Source: Methanobacterium sp.
GTDB lineage: Archaea; Methanobacteriota; Methanobacteria; Methanobacteriales; Methanobacteriaceae
DNA length: 11,855 bases
NCBI GenBank assembly: GCA_003166335.1
Contig: PMWA01000120.1
Coordinates: 1 to 11,855, forward strand
Direction: 5' to 3'
Below are positions 6,624-11,855 of the stretch, in pieces. Each line of letters starts with the position of its first letter. Position 1 is the stretch's first letter. The notes beneath the pieces are model-generated. The model did no database searches, was not told the DNA's origin, and saw only the letters and a list, made by a program, of their open reading frames with translations. A program made the position numbers and the translations under genes.

Positions 6624-8367
6624 CCTTGTCGAGAATATCTATTATCATTATGGATTTAAGTTCTTCTAATGGTAATAGGGGTTCCTGGTCCTCTATGGGT
6701 TTATTGACTGATAACTTTGGGAGGGCTTTTAATTCAGGGTTAATATCAACCTCAAGGAAATTTGCTTTTTTATCCTTAAAAAGAGTTTCCAGTGCATCAT
6801 CTATTTCAATGGCGGTACTGATCTTTTGCACCTGTAATTTATATGCTGAAACTACATCTTGGAAATTAGGGCTACTGTATCCTTCAACTGTCGATTGAAA
6901 TCTGCATTCAAAGTATTGTTCTTGAAACTGTTTGATCATGCCGTAGCAGTAATTATTCAATAAAACTATTTTGATAGGTAAATTATGGTGGTATACTGTT
7001 TGAAGTTCCTGTATGTTCAATTGGAAACCACCATCTCCAGTTATGACTACAATAGTAGTATCTGGGTTTGCAAAAGAAGCTCCTATGGCTAGAGGCAGTG
7101 CTGATCCTATGGAAGCCATCCCCCCCTGTGTTAAAAATCGCTGATTTTTTTTAATTTCCAGTGATTGGGCGGCCCAAATCTGATTCTGCCCAACATCCAC
7201 ACATACAATCGCATTATCTGGTAAAAAATCAGATAAACAGCTCATTAGAAAATTTGGATCTATAGAATCATTTTCAGTTATCTGGTTGGAATTATATTTA
7301 TTTTTTAAGAATTTTATCTTATCTTTCCAGCCAATAATCTGGTTTGAATTGTATTTAGAGATTTTATTGTTTAATTTCATTAAAAAAGTTTTAACATCAG
7401 CGTTTAAAGGAATATCCGCCTTTATTTTGTTGTTCAATTCATTTGGATCTATATCCACATGAATAATTTTGGCATCCCTAAGGAAAGATTTCGTGTCAGT
7501 CCCCGTTTGCCTGGTATCTAACCTAGTGCCTAGGGCCAAAACCAGATCTGCATTGGCCAGTGCTAAATTTGCATAACGATTACCATAAGTTCCAATCATA
7601 CCTATAAATGATTCATGATCATGTGGAAATGAATCAATACCCATTAAGGATGTTACAACTGGTATTTTTGTTTTTTTTATGAATTTTAAAAGTTCATGAT
7701 AGGCATTTGACAATCGAACTCCCCCACCTGCTAAAACAACTGGACGAGAAGATGAATTTAATAATAAATCCACCACTATTCCCATGGTTTCATCCGAAAC
7801 ATCATATTTTTCTTCAGGATAAATGAAAGAATCAATCGATTCGGGATCAATCTCCCCGCATTGTATGTTCAAAGGTATATCTAGTAAAACTGGTCCCGGA
7901 CGTCCATGTTTTGCTCTATATATTAATCGTTCCATTAAATATTTGATCTGATCTTCCTCAACAATGAGAGCGGCATCTTGAACTATGGGTTTTACAATGT
8001 TAACTATATCCGTTTCTTGAAAACCGATCTGACGAACTGGCTTGTCAAATTTGTACTCGTAGGTGTTTACCTGTCCAGTTATAAACATAGAGGGGATGGA
8101 ATCAAAAAAGCAACTACCAATGCCTGTTATTAGATTAGTAGCACCAGGACCACTGGTAGCCATAGCTATACCTAAATTGTCACTAATTCTAGAATATCCT
8201 TCGGCAGCAATTGCTGCTGCCATCTCATGATGCATGGACACCGCTTTAATATCCTCTCTTTCATACATTGAATCAAGTAAATGGGCTAAAGCACCGCCGC
8301 ATACTTCAAAGATATGAGTAACACCTTCACCTACCAGCGTATCAATAACATAGTCTGATAATTTCAA
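6613..8367 (-). CDS. ThDP-dependent acetolactate-synthase-like carboligase, probably YerE-like (sugar C-branching)
   Basis: Catalytic Glu in MHHE, TSGPGATN, GFQE, GRPGPVLLDIP, DVGQNQ and the ThDP motif GDGG...LLNN. TTG start after GGAGGT. No ilvN/ilvC nearby and embedded among CDP-sugar genes. Confidence 0.88.
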   Translation of the reverse strand: MKLSDYVIDTLVGEGVTHIFEVCGGALAHLLDSMYEREDIKAVSMHHEMAAAIAAEGYSRISDNLGIAMATSGPGATNLITGIGSCFFDSIPSMFITGQVNTYEYKFDKPVRQIGFQETDIVNIVKPIVQDAALIVEEDQIKYLMERLIYRAKHGRPGPVLLDIPLNIQCGEIDPESIDSFIYPEEKYDVSDETMGIVVDLLLNSSSRPVVLAGGGVRLSNAYHELLKFIKKTKIPVVTSLMGIDSFPHDHESFIGMIGTYGNRYANLALANADLVLALGTRLDTRQTGTDTKSFLRDAKIIHVDIDPNELNNKIKADIPLNADVKTFLMKLNNKISKYNSNQIIGWKDKIKFLKNKYNSNQITENDSIDPNFLMSCLSDFLPDNAIVCVDVGQNQIWAAQSLEIKKNQRFLTQGGMASIGSALPLAIGASFANPDTTIVVITGDGGFQLNIQELQTVYHHNLPIKIVLLNNYCYGMIKQFQEQYFECRFQSTVEGYSSPNFQDVVSAYKLQVQKISTAIEIDDALETLFKDKKANFLEVDINPELKALPKLSVNKPIEDQEPLLPLEELKSIMIIDILDKDGE

Positions 8368-8379
8368 ACTTTATACCTC

Positions 8380-9330
8380 CTACTCATATAAGAACCTTTT
8401 TTCAGCAAACCATTCCACAGTTTTGGCCAAGCCTCTTTCCAAGTTAAATTTTGGTCCCCATCTCAAATATTCATTAGCTTTAGATATGTTTGCCTCCCAT
8501 TTATCTGGTTCTTCGGACCATTTAGAGGCCAAAATCCATTCAGGCTTGACTATTTTTCCAGTTAAATCCATAACAATCTTAACTACTTCACCAATGTTGT
8601 GTTGGTTTCCTGATCCTATATTAAAAATATCTCCTAAAAGGTCAGATGTTTCAGTAAGACTCACATAGGAATCCATTACATCTTCAATAAATACAAAGTC
8701 CCTTACAAAATTTGGCGAAGAAACTTTGGGGTTTTTACCTTCTAGGCAGGCTAAAATCACTGATGGTATTAATCGGTTTTTTCCTTCATAATATCCATAG
8801 GGAGAGAATAATCTTAAAGTGACTATGGGTAAGTTTTCTTTTTTTGCTATAGCCTGACAGTATAAAGTTGCAGCCGCCTTAGAAACTCCATAATCATTTA
8901 CAGGTTCCAATAAGTCGCTTTCGTACATAGATTTGGATTTTATTCCATATTCTGAGGAAGAACTAGTATTAACTAAAATATCGAATCCCATTTTTTTGCA
9001 AGCATTTACTAAATTAACCGTACCCATTAAATTGGATTCAATTATCTTTTTAGTATCTTTTTGAGAAGGATCACCACCATAAGTAGCCAGATGAAAAATA
9101 ATTGAAGGTTCAACCTCCCGAATAATGGAACTTAATCTATCATAATTAGTTAGATCCGTATGATATTCATTTAAATCTCCTAAAATATCATTTAATCTCC
9201 ATTTGTTAGATCTATTTCTGGTAATAATATGTACATCAGCACCTTCTTCAAGAGATCTTCGGACTAGATTAGAACCTATAAATCCAGTAGAACCCGTGAT
9301 AAAAATATTTTTACTGGCTAATTTACCCAT
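8380..9330 (-). CDS. NAD(P)-dependent epimerase/dehydratase/reductase (extended SDR); candidate YerF-like reductase or CDP-dideoxyhexose synthase
   Basis: GSTGFIG, SSSSEYG, YGVSK and RDFVFIED motifs. GAGGAG lies before the ATG. 12 bp from the ThDP-enzyme gene. The specific reaction is inferred from context only. Confidence 0.88.
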   Translation of the reverse strand: MGKLASKNIFITGSTGFIGSNLVRRSLEEGADVHIITRNRSNKWRLNDILGDLNEYHTDLTNYDRLSSIIREVEPSIIFHLATYGGDPSQKDTKKIIESNLMGTVNLVNACKKMGFDILVNTSSSSEYGIKSKSMYESDLLEPVNDYGVSKAAATLYCQAIAKKENLPIVTLRLFSPYGYYEGKNRLIPSVILACLEGKNPKVSSPNFVRDFVFIEDVMDSYVSLTETSDLLGDIFNIGSGNQHNIGEVVKIVMDLTGKIVKPEWILASKWSEEPDKWEANISKANEYLRWGPKFNLERGLAKTVEWFAEKRFLYE

Positions 9331-9437
9331 TAAATCTCCTCTAGTACTTTTTATTATAAAATATGAGTCTAAAATCTAATCAGACTTTCTAAAACATAAG
9401 AATTGCAAAATGAATTAAATACCTTTATTATTCTGTG

Positions 9438-9509
9438 ATAAAATTTCCTATACTATAAAGTCCCTTCTAATCTTATTCAATTTTATAAACTGGTTTCCAC
9501 TTGCAAAAT
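9438..9509 (-). pseudogene. Decayed 3' fragment of an rfbG-like or other extended-SDR gene
   Basis: With two frameshifts it reads IL/KWKPVYKIE*/LEGTL*YRKFY, compared with [25 protein letters not shown] at the end of the intact rfbG-like gene. Confidence 0.5.
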
Positions 9510-9606
9510 TCCTCCTCTTGAAAGCATGAATACATCATTTACTCTTTTCATTGATGACTTTTGCAACATAATCAACACAAGCATCATTTGATTCTAGGAT
9601 ATGAAC

Positions 9607-10353
9607 TTAAAAAACTATTTCCATATCATCATATGCGATGATAATGTTTTTAAATTTATCTTTCATTTTTTCTTTAATTTCAGTTCTTTCATCCAAGGAA
9701 CGGTATATATTAGGATCAAAATGTGTCAGAATCAGTTTTTCCGCTCCTGATTCAGTAGCGATTCTTGCAGCGTCTTCTGGATTTAAATGAGGCCATTCTT
9801 CATTTTTTTGACTTATTTTAAATGAACATTCAGTAATAAGTAAATCTGCATCTTTTGCTAGGTCCATTGCTTGCTGGCAAATTCCAGTATCAGTACAATA
9901 AGTTATGATTTTATTATCAGTTTCAATACGGTAACCTAAGCAGGGTGAGGAATGAACTAAAAACTTGCATTCCACTTTAAATGGAATTTCATGTTTTCCT
10001 TCCGTTAATTCTTGAACATCGACTTTAAAGGGCAGTTTATTAAGGGAAACTGTGTAAGGGGAGTTTATAATTTTGTTAAGATGATTTTTTGTACCGACTT
10101 GACCGTATATGTGAATTTCTTGTTTGAAATGGAATTTAGATAATATGTGAAGACCTTCGATGTGGTCTAAGTGGAAGTGACTTAAGAAAAGATAAATTGG
10201 CTTTTTGTTATTTTTTATATGTTGATCTAATTTGTATAAACCGTTACCGGCATCGAAGATTAAGTAAAAATTATCAGTTTCTATAAGAGTACAGATGGTG
10301 TTTCCAGTTTTACTGTCATACCAGCCATTTGTACCGAGAATTATTACTTTCAT
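9607..10353 (-). CDS. Metallo-beta-lactamase-fold hydrolase, RNase Z/PhnP-like (about 248 aa)
   Basis: SHFHLDH (HxHxDH), DAG, VHS, TDTG, ECSF, PHL and THF motifs. I place the start at ATG 10353 (MKVIILGT, AGGA upstream) rather than GTG 10413, although that GTG overlaps the rfbG stop and cannot be excluded. Confidence 0.88.
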   Translation of the reverse strand: MKVIILGTNGWYDSKTGNTICTLIETDNFYLIFDAGNGLYKLDQHIKNNKKPIYLFLSHFHLDHIEGLHILSKFHFKQEIHIYGQVGTKNHLNKIINSPYTVSLNKLPFKVDVQELTEGKHEIPFKVECKFLVHSSPCLGYRIETDNKIITYCTDTGICQQAMDLAKDADLLITECSFKISQKNEEWPHLNPEDAARIATESGAEKLILTHFDPNIYRSLDERTEIKEKMKDKFKNIIIAYDDMEIVF

Positions 10354-10409
10354 TTGTATTCCTAAATTAAATAATTTTTTAATTAAATGGATATTATTGT
10401 CAAATTTAA

Positions 10410-11381
10410 TCACTGAAAAAATGCTTTATACCAATCAGTAGACTTTTTAAGGCCGTCTTCCATAGTGTATAGTGGCTTCCATTTCAAAATTTTTCTTGCC
10501 TTGTTAGCGGATAGGAATTGACTTTCAATTTCATTTGATGATTTATTTAAAACTATAGGTTCCAAATCACAGTCCATAACTGCAAGTATTTTATCTACAA
10601 TTTCTAATACAGTTAATGGCTCCTCATTACTGAAATTAAAGGCTTCACCATGAATATTATCTTCATCCATTTTTTCAGCTAGAGTTAAATATGCCTCTAC
10701 ACCATCTTCAATGTAGAAATAATCTCTTATCATCTTGCCGTTACTTCTTATGATGGGTTGTTCTTTGTTTAACACGGAACGTATGGTTCCGGGCACGATT
10801 CGATTAAAATTCAGGTCTCCTCCACCATAAAAATTTCCGCAGCGGGTGATGCACACTGGGAGATTATATGTTTCATGGTATGATTGGCATAATAAGTCTG
10901 CGCAGCTTTTGGAAACATCGTAAGGGTGTCTTCCTTCTAGAGGAGTTTCTTCATTGTAAGGTAATTTATCCTGAGCGCCATATGCTTTATCACTTGAAGC
11001 GAATATTATTCTCTCAATTTTTGGAGATCTTCTACATGCCTCTAAAAGATTCCAGGTGCCTTTAATATTGGTTTCAAAGGTGGATATGGGGTTTCGGTTA
11101 GCTATGGTGACGATAGTTTGGGCTCCAAGATGATATACAGAGTCTATTTCATATTCATTTAAGGCACGTTCTAGGAGAACGTAATCTTCTAACTCACCTC
11201 TTATTGTTGTTATTTTTTTGTTGAATCCAGACCAATTGAGGTTTGATTTTGGTACTAAATCTCTTATTAATCCGATTACATTAGCACCTCGCTCTACTAA
11301 AGCTTTAGTAAGCCATGATCCAAGCAAACCGGTACAACCAGTAATAAAGACGTTTTTTCCTTTCCAAAAATTGTTTTCCAA
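10410..11381 (-). CDS. rfbG: CDP-glucose 4,6-dehydratase-like extended SDR
   Basis: [20 protein letters not shown]ossmann start, HLGAQ, SSDKAY, YDVSK (YxxxK) and [13 protein letters not shown] start preceded by GGGAGGG. Follows rfbF. Confidence 0.85.
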   Translation of the reverse strand: MENNFWKGKNVFITGCTGLLGSWLTKALVERGANVIGLIRDLVPKSNLNWSGFNKKITTIRGELEDYVLLERALNEYEIDSVYHLGAQTIVTIANRNPISTFETNIKGTWNLLEACRRSPKIERIIFASSDKAYGAQDKLPYNEETPLEGRHPYDVSKSCADLLCQSYHETYNLPVCITRCGNFYGGGDLNFNRIVPGTIRSVLNKEQPIIRSNGKMIRDYFYIEDGVEAYLTLAEKMDEDNIHGEAFNFSNEEPLTVLEIVDKILAVMDCDLEPIVLNKSSNEIESQFLSANKARKILKWKPLYTMEDGLKKSTDWYKAFFQ

Positions 11382-11401
11382 ATTTTACCCTCCCATAGAA
11401 A

Positions 11402-11854
11402 CTACTTCCATACTTTCCACGGTTGATCTTCCTTCCATAGTTTATTGAGTATTTCTAGTTCTCTGTATGTGTCTACACATTGCCAAAATGCCGTGTTCTG
11501 GTAGAGCATCAACTCTCCATCTCCAGCCAAATTTTTTAGAGGTTCTTTTTCTAGTACGCAGTTTTCATCTTCATTTAGATAGTTAAAGAAATTTCTATTG
11601 AATACAAAAAATCCCCCGTTTACCATCCCTTCAATCGATGGTGGTTTCTCGTGAAATCGTGTTATTCTATCTTGATCTGTAGTTATTTCACCAAATCTGG
11701 AAGGTGGATGGACACCGGTCATAGTTCCAATTTTATTATGGGATTTGTGGAAATCTAGAAGATCTTTGATGTTTATTTTGGAAAGTCCATCACCATAATT
11801 TAACATGAATGTATCGCCATCGATGTACTTTTCTATTCGTTTGACTCTGGCTCC
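11402..11854 (-). CDS. rfbF: Glucose-1-phosphate cytidylyltransferase, 5'-truncated by the window edge
   Basis: The frame stays open from 11854 (GARVKRIEKYIDGDTFMLNYGDG...), so the ATG at 11806 is internal. Family motifs present: YGDG, SRFG, VNGGFFVF, LEKEPL, FWQCVDT and C-terminal PWKVW. Lies directly upstream of the rfbG-like gene. Confidence 0.93.
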   Translation of the reverse strand, partial: GARVKRIEKYIDGDTFMLNYGDGLSKINIKDLLDFHKSHNKIGTMTGVHPPSRFGEITTDQDRITRFHEKPPSIEGMVNGGFFVFNRNFFNYLNEDENCVLEKEPLKNLAGDGELMLYQNTAFWQCVDTYRELEILNKLWKEDQPWKVWK

Positions 11855-11855
11855 T

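Noticed and set aside
6613..8367. Annotation as housekeeping ilvB (branched-chain amino acid synthesis)
   Set aside because: No small subunit or ilvC/ilvD nearby, and it is tightly linked to CDP-sugar genes, so a YerE-like role is more likely.
1344..9379. TTAGATT/AATCTAA recurring in spacers (1344, 1355, 6114, 6362, 9373) as a shared regulator site
   Set aside because: It is an AT-rich 7-mer with inconsistent orientation, and the 6114 copy is explained by fossil coding sequence.
9483..9519. GAGGAGG followed by mini-ORF MQVETSL*
   Set aside because: Only 7 codons, and the same bases are better explained as part of the decayed SDR tail.
9535..9606. In-frame continuation after the MBL stop (VHILESNDACVDYVAKVINEKSK*) as read-through or a DegT-like tail
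   Set aside because: The MBL protein already ends in a normal AYDDMEIVF-type terminus, and the DegT resemblance is too short to support.
390..11448. Short ORF-track entries overlapping the main genes (390-641, 536-784, 986-1189, 1937-2125, 5160-5351, 5474-5698, 5584-5778, 5714-5977, 6626-6898, 8423-8668, 10868-11065, 11218-11448)
   Set aside because: They are antisense or alternate-frame shadows of well-supported genes and show no recognisable motifs.
1..11855. CRISPR array, tRNA/rRNA genes, intact transposase or integrase
   Set aside because: No regularly spaced repeats, structured RNA signatures or matching ORFs were seen.

Overview
AT-rich prokaryotic window holding the downstream part of a minus-strand surface-glycan biosynthesis cluster. 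In transcription order: rfbF (cut by the window edge), rfbG-like dehydratase, an RNase Z/PhnP-like metallo-beta-lactamase-fold hydrolase, an extended-SDR epimerase/reductase, a ThDP-dependent acetolactate-synthase-like enzyme, rfbH (E1, PMP/[2Fe-2S] 3-dehydrase), a Wzx-like flippase and three GT-A glycosyltransferases. This gene set matches the CDP-yersiniose-type branched-chain 3,6-dideoxysugar pathway (Ep, Eod, E1, YerE, YerF). The host may be a methanogenic euryarchaeon, but that is inference only. The long spacers hold decayed gene fragments: a frameshifted second copy of the ThDP-gene 3' end coupled to rfbH, a probable 5' stub of a lost rfbH, a probable decayed rfbG-like 3' end, and a GT4 C-terminal fragment. 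Together they suggest the SDR+ThDP block was swapped in from a homologous cluster. All alignments were done by hand and no database searches were run.
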